This document shows positions 1 through 13,600 of a stretch of DNA of 64,000 bases, in pieces. Within the stretch, counting starts at the first letter, position 1. Each line of letters opens with the position of its first letter. The DNA is from Macrostomum lignano (Eukaryota), in the NCBI GenBank assembly GCA_002269645.1, contig NIVC01003825.1, forward strand, positions 11,068 through 75,067. The letters run 5' to 3'. The position numbers and the translations under genes were made by a program. The notes under the pieces were generated by a model. That model was not told the DNA's origin. It searched no databases and saw only the letters and a program-made list of their open reading frames with translations.

Positions 1-84
1 TGCCAGTAGCTAATATCGGTGACAACAATTTTTATTAAAAACCGCCAATCAAATTGAAATAAAAAGACCGGTGCACCCAGAACG

Positions 85-3000
85 TCACAGGCAGGTCCAC
101 TCGGCGCTGCCGCTCCGGCTGCTCGACGCCGTGGTGGCCGACGCCGCCGCCATCGTCAGGGTCGACGGAGCAGCGTCGTTGAAGTCGATCAGCGCCTTCT
201 CCTGACGACACATGTCGATGGCCTGCCGGATGGCGGCCACCCAGTGGTCCCGGCCTGGAAGCGGCTGTCCGGCCGCCGCTGCCGCCGCCGCCGCGGAGCC
301 ACCGTGGCAGACGCGGTACTTGTAGCTGCTGAACTTCAGGCCCGATAAGGAGGCGTGCTGCCTGCCGGCGGCCGACTCTGAGAGGAAATTAAATTAGGGG
401 ATTTCCAGTGCTGCTTGAGAATTAATGAGTGGGATTAGAGAGCATTCCGAGAAAATTGAGATTTTTTCATTTTAAAATGATTGGAAAAGATTGTGAGATT
501 TTGTGAGAAAGGGATTCTGGGATTTTAATGAATTGAATTAGAGATTGGAGATGATGTGAATGGGATTAGAGTTTGGAGATTATGTGAATAGATTAGAGAT
601 TGGAGATGATGTGAATGGATTAGAGATGGGAGGTGATGTGAATAGATTAGAGATTGGAGATGTTGTGAATGGGATTAGAGATTGGAGATTATGTGAATGG
701 GATTAGAGAAAGGAGATGGTGTGAATGGGATTAGAGATTGGAGATTATGTGAATAGGATTAGAGATGGGAGATGATGTGAATGGGATTAGAGATTGGAGA
801 TTATGTGAATAGGATTAGAGATGGGAGATTATGTGAATGGGATTAGAGATTGGAGATGATGTGAATGGGATTAGAGAAAGGAGATGATGTGAATAGATTA
901 GAGATTGGAGGTGGTGTCAAGGGGATTCGAGGATCTCAACAGCAGCCTCAGGCAGCCTCACCGCACTGGTCATCAAAGTTGATCTGGAACGCCAGCCGGT
1001 TGCCCCCCTGCGGCAGCTGCAGCTGCCTGCCGCGGCTGTCCACCTCGCCGACATCGTCAACCAGCGATGCGTTCTCCAGCGACTGCGCGTGCTTCCACGC
1101 TTCCTTGTAGTGCCGGCGGCGGTCGCCGCCGCTGAAGGAGGACGGCAGCAGCAGGCGCTGGCAGGGCGGGTAGAGGCGCAGCTGCGGCCCGGACGCTTCC
1201 AGGGTCAGCTCGGCCCAGAAGCGGCGATAACGGGAGCGGGTCTGCCGCTTGCCCAGCTTAAAAATCGACTTCCGCTCCAGCGGGCCCTGGCACAGCGGCT
1301 CCGCCTCCTGCCGCTCCAACGGCGTCGACGGCAGCAGGCGAATTTCCGGCCGCGGCAGTGGCGGCGCCGGCTGCTGCTGCCGCTGCAACTGCGGGCTGGC
1401 CGCCGGGGACGAAAGCGGCGGAGGCGAGGAAGGCGGAGCAGACAGCGGGCCGGCGGCGCCGCCAGTTGCGACTGGCGCGTTTGACGAGAGACTGGCGTTG
1501 CTGCAGTCTGCGGCTGCGGGCAGGATGAGGATGCGTGGGTCAGCAGTGGGGGTGAATGGCTCAGGATTGGGGATGCGTGGGTCAGGAGTGGGGGTGAATG
1601 AGTCAGGATTGGGGATGCGTGGGTCAGGACTGGGAGTGAGTGGGTCAGGACTGTGGGTGAGTGGGTCAGGACTGGGGGTGAGTGGGTCAGGACTGGGGGT
1701 GAGTGGGTCAGGACTGGGGATGAATGGGTCAGGACTGGGGAATGAGTGGGTCAGGACTGGGGGTGAGTGGGTCAGGACTGGGGATGAGTGGGTCAGGACT
1801 GGGGAATGAGTGGGTCAGGACTGGGGATGAGTGGGTCAGAAGTGGGTATGAGTGGGTCAGGATTGGGGATGAGTGGGTCAGAAGTGGGGATGCTGGGTCA
1901 GGTTATGATAATGACTGGGTCCTAAGTTGCGGGATAATTGGGTCAAATGGAAAGAGCCGAAGATGGAGGCATAGTAAAGTCACAGCATGTGCATGTAGTA
2001 AGCAAGAACACAGCTGTCACTCACTGGACACGGGCAGCGAGTCATCGATGAGGTTGCGCAGATGCTCGATGCCGTTTGGGTGACCGGCGCTCATCGGCAG
2101 GAAGGCGACGTCTCCAACGCCGGGGCGCTGCCGGTCGGGCCTCGGAGTTGCGCCCAGGCCGCCACCTGGGGCGCTGATGGCGTGATGGTCATGCAGGGCG
2201 GAACTGCGAATGGGGTTGGACGGAATTATGATGCATAGGCCGACTGATGATCGCGGCGATCTAAGACTGCTCAGAGACACTTCAAGTGAGTAGGGATTCT
2301 TATGGAAGTTCAAAGTGCGATTCTGAAGTACATTTTAGCGGCGATTCTAAAGTACGTTTCAGGAAAAATTCCTATGGACGTTTCAGAGGCGCTTCTCAAG
2401 GTCGTTTCAGAGGCGCTTCTCAAGGTCGTTTCAGAGGGAGTTCTCAAGAACGTTTCAGAGGGGGTTCTCAAGGTCATTTCAGAGGCGATTCTCAAGGACG
2501 TTTCAGAGGGGGTTCTCAAGGACGTTTCAGAGGGGGTTCTCAAGGTCGTTTCAGAGGCGATTCTCAAGGACGTTTTAGAGGGGTTTTCAAGGACATTTCA
2601 GAGGGGTTCTGAAGGTCGTTTTAGAGACAATTCTCAAGGACGTTTTAGAGGCGCTTCTCAAGGACGTTTTAAAATTCTTAAGAACATTTCAGAGGCGATT
2701 TTCAAGTTCGTTTCAGAGAGGGTTCTCAAGGACGTTTTAAAGGGGGGTTTTCAAGGACTTTTCAGAGGGGGTTCTCAAGGTCGTTTTAGAGACAATTCTC
2801 AAGGACGTTTTAGAGGCGCTTCTCAAGGTCGTTTCAGAGGCGATTCTCAAGGACGTTTCAGAGGGGGTTCTCAAGGACGTTTCAAAGGCGATTCTCAAGG
2901 ACGTTTCAGAGGGGGTTCTCAAGGACGTTTCAAAGGCGGTTCTCAAGGATGTTTCAGAGGGGGTTCTCAAGGTCGTTTTAGAGGGGGTTCTCAAGGCTGG

Positions 3001-6000
3001 TGATCCTTTCAACCTGATCATAAAAGGTCCCTTTTATGTGGCGAATTTAACATTGGTGCACAAGTAAAAAATTGGCGCTGCGGGTGAAACTGCCGCACAG
3101 ACTATGAAAATCGGACAGAGATTCCACAAAATTAAAGGTAAGCGAACGTTCTAAATAAAACTGTGAAAAAAAGTAAAAAAGCTACAACACAGTAACAATA
3201 AAGTTGATACCAAAAACAATTGCGCAGAGCCTTAGCTTGGCTACAGAGCGCATTCTACAGCCGCATTCTACAGCTGGGCATGGCATGCAGTGCCAACATC
3301 CAGCGCACTGGACAATGGCTAAAAGTGCATCTCTGTGCTTTACAGCTCACTACCCCGCTGCAAGCCAAATTTGATTACTTTTTTACTGCCTTACGAGTAA
3401 CTGCGTCATTCATAGAATTGAACACTTTCTTGAAGACTGGCTTTCAAAACAAATTCCACAAAATGCACAGGCTGCACAGCACAGGCGAAGCAGGCAGCTC
3501 AGATAGGTGGTGAATAGTTGCTACCTTATTACAAAGAGAATGAAAACTTCTATAAGAAGTGAGCACAGTGTGAGCAGATCTCACTTGGGCGGTGGCGAAT
3601 CCTTGTCTGGGGAGACGTCGCTGAGGAACCTTCAATGCGGATTTTCAGGTGCGAATTAGCTGCACTTTTAGCAGTGGGTGACGGGCGTGAAGGCGGTTCT
3701 GTGATGGACGGGGCGTGAAGGCGATTCTGTGATGGATGGGGCGTGAAGGCGGTTCTGTGATGGATGGGGCGTGAAGGCGGTTCTGTGATGGACGGGGCGT
3801 GAAGGCGGTTCTGTGATGGATGGGGCGTGAAGGCGGTTCTGTGATGGACGGGGCGTGAAGGCGGTTCTGTGATGGACGGGGCGTGAAGGCGGTTCTGTGA
3901 TGGACGGGGCGTGAAGGCGGTTCTGTGATGGACGGGGCGTGAAGGCGGTTCTGTGATGGACGGGGCGTGAAGGCGGTTCTGTGATGGACGGGGCGTGAAG
4001 GCGGTTCTGTGATGGACGGGGCGTGAAGGCGGTTCTGTGATGGACGGGGCGTGAAGGCGGTTCTGTGATGGACGGGGCGTGAAGGCGGTTCTGTGATGGA
4101 TGGGGCGTGAAGGCGGTTCTGTGATGGACGGGGCGTGAAGGCGGTTCTGTGATGGACGGGGCGTGAAGGCGGTTCTGTGATGGACGGGGCGTGAAGGCGG
4201 TTCTGTGATGGACGGGCGTGAAGGCGGTTCTGTGATGGACGGGGCGTGAAGGCGGTTCTGTGATGGATGAGGCGTGAAGGCGGTTCTGTGATGGATGAGG
4301 CGTGAAGGCGGTTCTGTTATGAAAGCGATCATTTAAAAAAGGCATAAAAGCTATAAAAAAACTAATTAGGCATTTTTGGGGCAGTGTTTGTCAGCGCTTG
4401 TGTAGTTTGAACTTCAATTTTAAAATGTTTTGGACATCTTAAGCGCCTTCAGCCAGCTAATACGCATGAGCACTCACGCATCTCCCAGACTCTTGGACTT
4501 GCGATGAGACACCATAGTAACGGCCCCGGCGCCATCCCCAGACACGTAGCAACAGTCCAGCCCCTGGGGCGGCTTCAGGCGCACCGAATCCGGCTGGTGC
4601 TGCTGCCGCTGCCGCCGCCTCTGCTGGCCGTCGCCGTCTTGACCGCCTCCTCGGTGAACCAGCAGCTGACTGTCGGAGCCCTGCTTCGGCTCCAGCTCCA
4701 GGGAAATGTTATAATTCTCCGCCTCGATAATGCTCTGCATCTCCTCTATGTAGCTCTGCGACTCCAGGTAGCGGCGGATGTGCGGCTTGCTGGGGAAAGC
4801 TGCGGGATCGGAGCGGCTGAGCTGTTTGAATCATTCTTGCCTATTAAATATGCGCCAGGTTAATCACAGGTTAATCACAGGTTAATCACAGGTTAATCAC
4901 AGGTTAATCACAGGTTAATCACAGGTTAATCACAGGCTAATCACAGGTTAATCACAGGCTCTCACAGTAAGCGGACTGCTGATTCTCAGATATGATGCGG
5001 CAGATGTTGTTCATCTGGTCCGTGCGAGACTGGGCCTCCAGCAGGCCGCCAGTGCTGGGGTAGCAGGCGTCAATGTACACCAGATCGTTCATGTACAGGC
5101 CTGCGGGATGGTGCAGTAGCATCGGGTTCTGTTTCAAGCTATCTAACACTTCTATCTCAAGCTATCTAACAATTCAGTTTCAAGCTATCTAACAATTCAG
5201 TTTCAAGCTATCTAACAATTCAGTTTCAAGCTATCTAACAATTCAGTTTCAAGCTATCTAACAATTCAGTTTCAAGCTATCTAACAATTCAGTTTCAAGC
5301 TATCTGACAATTCAGTTTCAAGCTATCTGACAATTCAGTTTCAAGCTATCTGACAATTCAGTTTCAAGCTATCTGACAATTCAGTTTCAAGCTATCTGAC
5401 AATTCAGTTTCAAGCTATCTGACAATTCAGTTTCAAGCTATCTGACAATTCTATCTCAAGCTATCTAACAATTCTGTTTCAAGCTATCTGACAATTCAGT
5501 TTCAAGCTATCTGACAATTCTATCTCAAGCTATCTAACAATTCTATCTCAAGCTATCTAACAATTCTGTTTCAAGCTATCTGACAATTCCATCTCAAGCT
5601 ATCTAACAATTCTATCTCAAGCTATCTAACAATTCTATCTCAAGCTTCTAACAATTTTATCTCAAGCTTCTAACAATTCTATCTCAAGCTATCTGACAAT
5701 TCCATCTCAAGCTATCTAACAATTCTATCTCAAGCTATCTAACAATTCTATCTCAAGCTTCTAACAATTTTATCTCAAGCTTCTAACAATTCTATCTCAA
5801 GCTATCTAACAATTCTGTTTCAAGCAATCTAAAAATTCTGTTTCAAACTATCTAACACTTCTATCTCAAGCTATCTGACAATTTTATCTCAAGCTATCTA
5901 ACAATTCTATCTCAAGCTATCTAACAATTCTATCTCAAGCTATCTGACAATTCCATCTCAAGCTATCTAACAATTCTATCTCAAGCTATCTAACAATTCT

Positions 6001-9000
6001 ATCTCAAGCTTCTAACAATTTTATCTCAAGCTTCTAACAATTCTATCTCAAGCTATCTAACAATTCTGTTTCAAGCAATCTAACAATTCTATCTCAAGCT
6101 ATCTAACAATTCAGTTTCAAGCTATCTAACAATTCTATCTCAAGCTATCTAACAATTCTGTTTCAAGCTATCTAACAATTCTATCTCAAGCTATCTAACA
6201 ATTCAGTTTCAAGCTATCTAACAATTCTATCTCAAGCTATCTAACAATTCTATCTCAAGCTATCTAACAATTCTATCTCAAGCTATCTAACAATTCTGTT
6301 TCAAGCTATCTGACAATTCAGTTTCAAGCTATCTGACAATTCAGTTTCAAGCTATCTAACAATTCTATCTCAAGCTATCTAACAATTCTATCTCAAGCTA
6401 TCTAACAATTCTGTTTCAAGCTATCTAACAATTCTATCTCAAGCTATCTAACAATTCAGTTTCAAGCTATCTAACAATTCTATCTCAAGCTATCTAACAA
6501 TTCTGTTTCAAGCTATCTAACAATTCTATCTCAAGCTATCTAACAATTCAGTTTCAAGCTATCTAACAATTCTATCTCAAGCTATCTAACAATTCAGTTT
6601 CAAGCTATCTAACAATTCTATCTCAAGCTATCTAACAATTCTGTTTCAAGCTATCTAACAATTCTATCTCAAGCTATCTAACAATTCAGTTTCAAGCTAT
6701 CTAACAATTCTATCTCAAGCTATCTAACAATTCTATCTCAAGCTATCTAACAATTCTATCTCAAGCTATCTAACAATTCTGTTTCAAGCTATCTGACAAT
6801 TCAGTTTCAAGCTATCTGACAATTCAGTTTCAAGCTATCTAACAATTCTATCTCAAGCTATCTAACAATTCTATCTCAAGCTATCTAACAATTCTGTTTC
6901 AAGCTATCTAACAATTCTATCTCAAGCTATCTAACAATTCAGTTTCAAGCTATCTAACAATTCTATCTCAAGCTATCTAACAATTCTGTTTCAAGCTATC
7001 TAACAATTCTATCTCAAGCTATCTAACAATTCAGTTTCAAGCTATCTAACAATTCTATCTCAAGCTATCTAACAATTCTATCTCAAGCTATCTAACAATT
7101 CTGTTTCAAGCTATCTAACAATTCTATCTCAAGCTATCTAACAATTCTATCTCAAGCTATCTAACAATTCTATCTCAAGCTATCTAACAATTCTGTTTCA
7201 AGCTATCTGACAATTCCATCTCAAGCTATCTAACAATTCTATCTCAAGCTATCTAACAATTCTGTTTCAAGCTATCTAACAATTCAGTTTCAAGCTATCT
7301 AACAATTCAGTTTCAAGCTATCTAACAATTCAGTTTCAAGCTATCTGACAATTCCATCTCAAGCTATCTAACAATTCTATCTCAAGCTATCTAACAATTC
7401 TATCTCAAGCTATCTAACAATTCTGTTTCAAGCTATCTAACAATTCTATCTCAAGCTATCTAACAATTCTATCTCAAGCTATCTAACAATTCTGTTTCAA
7501 GCTATCTGACAATTCCATCTCAAGCTATCTAACAATTCTATCTCAAGCTATCTAACAATTCTATCTCAAGCTATCTAACAATTCTATCTCAAGCTATCTA
7601 ACAATTCTGTTTCAAGCTATCTGACAATTCCATCTCAAGCTATCTAACAATTCTATTTCAAGCTATCTAACAATTCTATCTCAAGCTTCTAACAATTTTA
7701 TCTCAAGCTTCTAACAATTCTATCTCAAGCTATCTGACAATTCCATCTCAAGCTATCTAACAATTCTATCTCAAGCTATCTAACAATTCTATCTCAAGCT
7801 TCTAACAATTTTATCTCAAGCTTCTAACAATTCTATCTCAAGCTATCTAACAATTCTGTTTCAAGCAATCTAAAAATTCTGTTTCAAACTATCTAACACT
7901 TCTATCTCAAGCTATCTGACAATTTTATCTCAAGCTATCTAACAATTCTATCTCAAGCTATCTAACAATTCTATCTCAAGCTATCTGACAATTCCATCTC
8001 AAGCTATCTAACAATTCTATCTCAAGCTATCTAACAATTCTATCTCAAGCTTCTAACAATTTTATCTCAAGCTTCTAACAATTCTATCTCAAGCTATCTA
8101 ACAATTCTGTTTCAAGCAATCTAAAAATTCTGTTTCAAACTATCTAACACTTCTATCTCAAGCTATCTGACAATTTTATCTCAAGCTATCTAACAATTCT
8201 ATCTCAAGCTATCTAACAAATATATTTCAAGCTATCTGACACTTCTATCTCAAGCTATCTGACACTTCTATCTCAAGCTATCTGACACTTCTATCTCAAG
8301 CTATCTAACAATTCTGTTTCAAGCAATCTAACAATTCTATCAAACTATCTAAAAATTCTGTTTCAAGCTATCTAACAATTCTATCTCAAGCTATCTAACA
8401 ATTCTATCTCAAGCTATCTAACAATTCTATCTCAAGCTATCTAACAATTCTATCTCAAGCTATCTGACAATTCTATCTCAAGCTATCTAACAATTCTATC
8501 TCAAGCTATCTAACAATTCTGTTTCAAGCTATCTAACAATTCTATCTCAAGCTATCTAACAATTCTATCTCAAGCTATCTAACAATTCTATCTCAAGCTA
8601 TCTAACAATTCTATTTCAAGCTATCTAACAATTCTATCTCAAGCTATCTAACAATTCTATTTCTAATTATCAAACTTCGATTTCTAATTATTTGACTTTT
8701 ATTTCAAACTGGGTTTTTAAGTGCTATTTGACTTTCTGGGTTCAAATTCGGAATGCCATATTAAAAACCAGGAACGCTGGCAGCAGGAATGAGTCAAAAA
8801 CTTCTCAAAAAATACAAACAACTCAAGAAATGTTAAAGAAGTCTTGCCAGCAGCAACCCCAGCCTCACCAAGATAAGGAATGATAGGCAGCCGGGCCTCC
8901 TGCAGGAAGCGGCGCAGTCTGTCGTGGTTGCTGTCCGCAGAGAACAGGTCCACCAGTCGCTGGTAGGCGTCGCAGCACTTCCTGGGCAGAAGGTCCCAGG

Positions 9001-10622
9001 TTCGCTTCAACCGATAGACCGGCTGCGATTGCAGCGCGGCCAGCACGGCGAAGGCGGCGTGCAGGTTCTGGTGGCGCAGCAGCTTCTTGCCCAGCCGGAT
9101 GAAGTGCGCCAGCACCGCGGCCCGGTGCGGCAGCTGCTTGGCCTCCAGGATGCAGCGCTGGGCCCAGAAGTTCACCCGGTTGAACAGCAGGGTGAACCTG
9201 ACCACGTTCGGCGCTCGGACCAGCTTGTCCCGCTTGGACCAGCCCAGGCTTGTCAGCTCGTCCGGAGTGATGGCCTGGGGGTGCGGGGTTTGGGAGCTGG
9301 GATCTCAAACTGAGATTTACGATCTAGAATCCCACCCTGAGATCTCCGATCTAGAATCTCACCCTGAGATTTCAGATCTAGAATCTCACCGAGATCTCCG
9401 CTCTAGAATCTCACCCTGATACTTTCGCTATAGAATTTCACCCTGAGATCTCCGATCTAGAATCTCACCCTGATATTTTCGCTCTAGAATTTCACCCTGA
9501 TATTTCCGCTCTAGAATCTCACCCTGAAGATGCTAGATTTAGAATCTCACCCTGAGATGTCCTATCTAGAATCTTACCCTGAGATCTCCGATCTAGAATC
9601 TCACCCTGATATTTTCGCTCTAGAATTTCACCCTGATATTTCCGCTCTAGAATCTCACCCTGAAGATGCTAGATTTAGAATCTCACCCTGAGATGTCCGA
9701 TCTAGAATCTCACCTTGAGATTTCCGATCTAGAATCTCACCCTGAAATTTCCGATCTAGAATCTCACCCTGAGATTTCAGATCTAGAATCTCACCGAGAT
9801 CTCCGCTCTAGAATCTCACCCTGATACTTTCGCTATAGAATTTCACCCTGAGATCTCCGATCTAGAATCTCACCCTGATATTTTCGCTCTAGAATTTCAC
9901 CCTGATATTTCCGCTCTAGAATCTCACCCTGAAGATGCTAGATTTAGAATCTCACCCTGAGATGTCCTATCTAGAATCTCACCCTGAGATCTCCGATCTA
10001 GAATCTCACCCTGATATTTTCGCTCTAGAAGTTCACCCTGATATTTCCGCTCTAGAATCTCACCCTGAAGATGCTAGATTTAGAATCTCACCCTGAGATG
10101 TCCGATCTAGAATCTCACCCTGAGATCTCCGATCTAGAATCTCACCCTGATATTTTCGCTCTAAAATTTCACCCTGATATTTCCGCTCTAGAATCTCACC
10201 CTGAAGATGCTAGATTTAGAATCTCGCCCTGAGATCTCCGATCTAGAATCTCACCCTGATATTTCCGCTCTAGAATCTCACCCTGAGACACCAATCCCCA
10301 AATCTGCCAGCAGATTTCACCTGGAATTCCCGCAGAAATATGAGCGTCAGTTCGCGCGCCAGGTCCTCGGCAGGCACCCTGGTCAGCTCGAACAGCACGG
10401 TCTCGTGGTCGGACTGCGGCTCGTCCGCGGCGGCCTGCAGATCAGGGAAGAATCCCGCAGAGCCGACGGGATCGGCGGGGCCCGGAAGGGAGTCGCTGCG
10501 CTTCGGGCCCGACACGCAGCCGACAGCCAAACCGCCGCTTTCGCTGCCGCCCGCGCCGAAGCATCCGGCAAAGTGCGCCAGACCGTCTGCGTGGTCAATG
10601 GAGTCCTGCAGGCGGTGCACGG
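85..10622 (-). CDS. RALGPS: Ral guanine nucleotide exchange factor with CDC25/RasGEF domain, PxxP motif and C-terminal PH domain (RalGPS type); multi-exon, start codon not located
   Basis: Exons (minus): 10321-10622, 8869-9274, 4966-5100, 4478-4799, 3585-3664 (acceptor tentative), 2025-2165 (acceptor tentative), 962-1513, 85-377 (TGA at 85-87). Phases chain with GT-AG. The protein follows recalled RalGPS motifs in order: [66 protein letters not shown]...[33 protein letters not shown] start [14 protein letters not shown] and PH end [12 protein letters not shown]. Confidence 0.9.
531..915. repeat. Intronic minisatellite, ~28-bp unit GGGATTAGAGATTGGAGATGATGTGAAT
   Basis: Period 28 read directly (GGGATT at 671 and 699); lies in RalGPS intron 378-961. 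Confidence 0.9.
1532..1900. repeat. Intronic minisatellite, 21-bp unit GAGTGGGTCAGGACTGGGGGT
   Basis: GGGTCAGG at 1621, 1642, 1663; RalGPS intron 1514-2024. Confidence 0.92.
2370..3000. repeat. Intronic minisatellite, 24-bp unit TCTCAAGGACGTTTCAGAGGGGGT
   Basis: Period 24 (GTCGTTT at 2401 and 2425); RalGPS intron 2166-3584; source of the RGGSQG-type ORFs. Confidence 0.92.
3680..4320. repeat. Intronic minisatellite, 28-bp unit GACGGGGCGTGAAGGCGGTTCTGTGATG
   Basis: Near-perfect tandem copies, period 28 (TTCTG at 3781 and 3809); RalGPS intron ending at 4477. Confidence 0.95.
4858..4960. repeat. Intronic minisatellite, 11-bp unit TAATCACAGGT
   Basis: About 9 copies filling most of the 166-bp intron 4800-4965. 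Confidence 0.92.
5130..8660. repeat. Large intronic minisatellite, 23-bp unit CAAGCTATCTAACAATTCTATCT (~150 copies)
   Basis: Continuous 3.5-kb array with variant units (CAGTTT, CTGTTT, TGACAA); fills RalGPS intron 5101-8868. Confidence 0.97.
9310..10290. repeat. Intronic minisatellite, ~27-bp unit GAGATCTCCGATCTAGAATCTCACCCT
   Basis: Tandem copies, most containing TCTAGAA; RalGPS intron 9275-10320. Confidence 0.93.
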
Positions 10623-13600
10623 CTGAATGAGTACACTGTGCTCTTCTTTTCAAAGAAAGTATTAGAGAAAACTGAGAATTAAAATCTTCAAGATTGTCGA
10701 GGTATTCAATAAATTCATCAAGAGGCAGACATGACCAAGGACCAGTAGTTGCCATAAGGTAAAGAAATAACATTTCTAAGTAATTCAAAGTCAAGATTGT
10801 ACTACCAGGCGTATTTCTACAAGATGAAGACAAAAGTATGAAATTCTCACTTTAAAATGACTCAGATTGACACTAAAAGCTGCCTACCATGTACAGGGAA
10901 ATGTTGGACAGGGAGGCACACTTCTGCTGTGGCTGCAGCTGTTGGTATGGTTCGATCCAGCTCATGCAGGTGTCATTAACATAGCAATAAGCTGACAGGA
11001 TGCCAACTTTGGTACACATGCAGATACTGCTGGATGCCTGGCCATCTTGGCATGCAAGTTGCATTTGAGACCACACCACTCAGCTCATGGATTTGATGGT
11101 CATTGCCAGCTGCCACAGATAGCATGCAAATAACAAAATAGTTGATTCTTAATAGTTCATCACCAATTGATAGTAAAAATTCAAAGTTTTTTATTTATAA
11201 TTCCAAAATTTCTAAGCAAAAGTTAGTTTTTTACATAATTTTTTTCAATTTATACCTTCATACAGTTTAAAAAAAATTTATTGAGAGATTTATTTTATTA
11301 TAAAGAACAATACTTTATATATATATATTAATACAATTTTCTTCTTGTCTCATATTTTGGCTAGATCTTGAATGTTTTCAAATTTACCCAAGATCTAGAT
11401 TTACCCAGGATTATGATATATAGATTAAGTAGTTACAATTTGTACATATTATTTCATAACTTTCAACTTGGTTGGACTCTACTTTCAACTACTCTTCAAC
11501 TACTTTAACTTATATTTTTTTATTACAAATCATTTATTTTGAGCTAACTAAAAACTACCACTTTTTTTAAGTCTTGTTTAGCCCTATTGCCAACAATAAA
11601 GAATAAGTACTTTTTTATAGTAATCTAGATTAAAAATATTCTATTCTATTCAAATTCTATATATATATATGCACTAGATGCACTAAAAACTATCTAGCAA
11701 ATTTTACCAATGAATATATCATAATAGGATAATTTAAAGATAAAAATAAGAAAAAACATTATTAGACATTTATATCAATAAAGCCATAGCAATACATAAT
11801 TTGCACTTGTTTTTTGAAATTCTAACAAACTAATTTTGACTTTATACTATTTATTTCTTTTTGTAATCAAAGTAATAAAATACTTAGTTAGTGTCAAAAT
11901 AATAATTAGGTCCTTGCTAGAAATATAACAGATTTAATACAATATGTTAGAGCCTATAGGTCTAGATTAAATGTTTTTTAAATTTTATATATTTTTATGC
12001 ATAGCATATATTATGGCATAGGGCATAGGGGCTTATGCCGCTTATATTTATTATTCAATCTGATAACAATGGTATGTAGTGTTGCATTGCAACAATTAAA
12101 TATAGGTGTAGCAATAGGCGTGTGCGTTGTCCAAAATTCTTGATTTTTTGTATTGTTGCCTACAAAAACGGAACCCAGGTAAGGCCAAACGCCAAACACA
12201 TTTTGGTATCGATTACCACGTTTAATATTTTTCTAATCTTCAGCCAGCCAGCCATGTGCCATGTACGCCAGGTTGCGGATGGTATGCATGTACGCCGGAA
12301 CTTTTCCGGCGTACAAAACGGCCACCCTAAGTCCTTGGCGTACACAATCGGCGTACACAACCCCTGGCGCACTTTGTTGGCGTACACTATTGGCGTACAC
12401 AAGTAACACAGCCACGCATACTTTTTTGGCGTACAAATTTTGGTGAATAAATTCATGCCGTGCATGAAAATTGTAAAGTAAATTAACGTTTTTACGTAAA
12501 GTAAAGGAAAATTTATATCGTCAATGATAAACTTTTTGCTTATTTTAAGTTAAAAAAAATAAAATTAGTGTAAAATTTTGCTGAAAGTATTAATTTTTCA
12601 TAATATTTTTTGTAGGTAGTATTTAAGTTTGTTTAAACTGAAAAAATTCGTAATATTTTAAAGACACTTTTCATACCAAAGCATTTCCTAGAAAACTCTA
12701 CTCGTGAAAACCGAATGACCTTTTTTTAGGAATTTTTGGTGTACATTTTAGTGCAACTTTTTGTTTTTGGCGTACACTGGCGTACAAAGTCCTTGACGCC
12801 CGAATTTTTTCCGGCGTACACGGGTACATGATCCGCACACTGGCATGTACGTCCCATGTGAGCAAATTAGCATGTCGAATAAGTTAGACAGTAAGTCGCC
12901 AAAAATTCCTACAAGTCAAAAGTATCATCTTAAATTTTTTTATTTGATAACTGATATTTTGGTATCCTGAAACATAACTGGGTTTTGATTTTAAAGGAAC
13001 TTAAAAAAGCAGCAGCTTGGAAATACAACAGTACTTTACCCATTTTAAATCTAATAAGGACTCTCTTGCTAAAATATAACAAATCGTCGCCAAACGTTTT
13101 GAATTACGGATACTTTGTGACTTTAATGATTTTAGAAATACATCGAATTTTAGTGTATGAATGAGTAAGGTAAAAAATTAAAAGAGATATGCGAACTAAA
13201 GCTTCGTTTCTTCAATGTAACGAAACTCAGCCTAAATATGTCTAACACAATATTCTACATGTAGTGTAGTGGCATCTTGTGCCAAGTTTTACCAGCCGGT
13301 ACTCGATTTCCGACAAAAAAACCTTTGTTTGGGTTGCAAAAAGTTATATGACGTACTGCGCCTTCGGTCTGGTACGCAAAAATTTAATGCTATTTTCCTC
13401 GGTGCTAAAGTTACTTTACAGGGTAAGAGCTAGCAAACTTAGTCCCGAAACTGGAGGAATCCAAGTCTTTCCCCGTATGACTCACTATAGCTCCCTGGTT
13501 GGAATTTAGAGCACATACTGGCACAGGAAGTGGATCATTGCAAGCAATAATTGATTTTTGGAGTCTGTTGCGGTTTCCAACAAGCGCATCTGTATTGTCG

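Noticed and set aside
2286-4345. RGGSQG-, SEGVLK- and ITEPPSRP-repeat ORFs
   Set aside because: They are translations of 24-bp and 28-bp minisatellites inside RalGPS introns; splice phases of the flanking exons join without them.
10873-11079. Upstream ORF as RalGPS first coding exon
   Set aside because: A donor-like GTAGGC exists at 10887, but this ORF would end in phase 0 while the next exon needs phase 1, and there is no recognisable homology.
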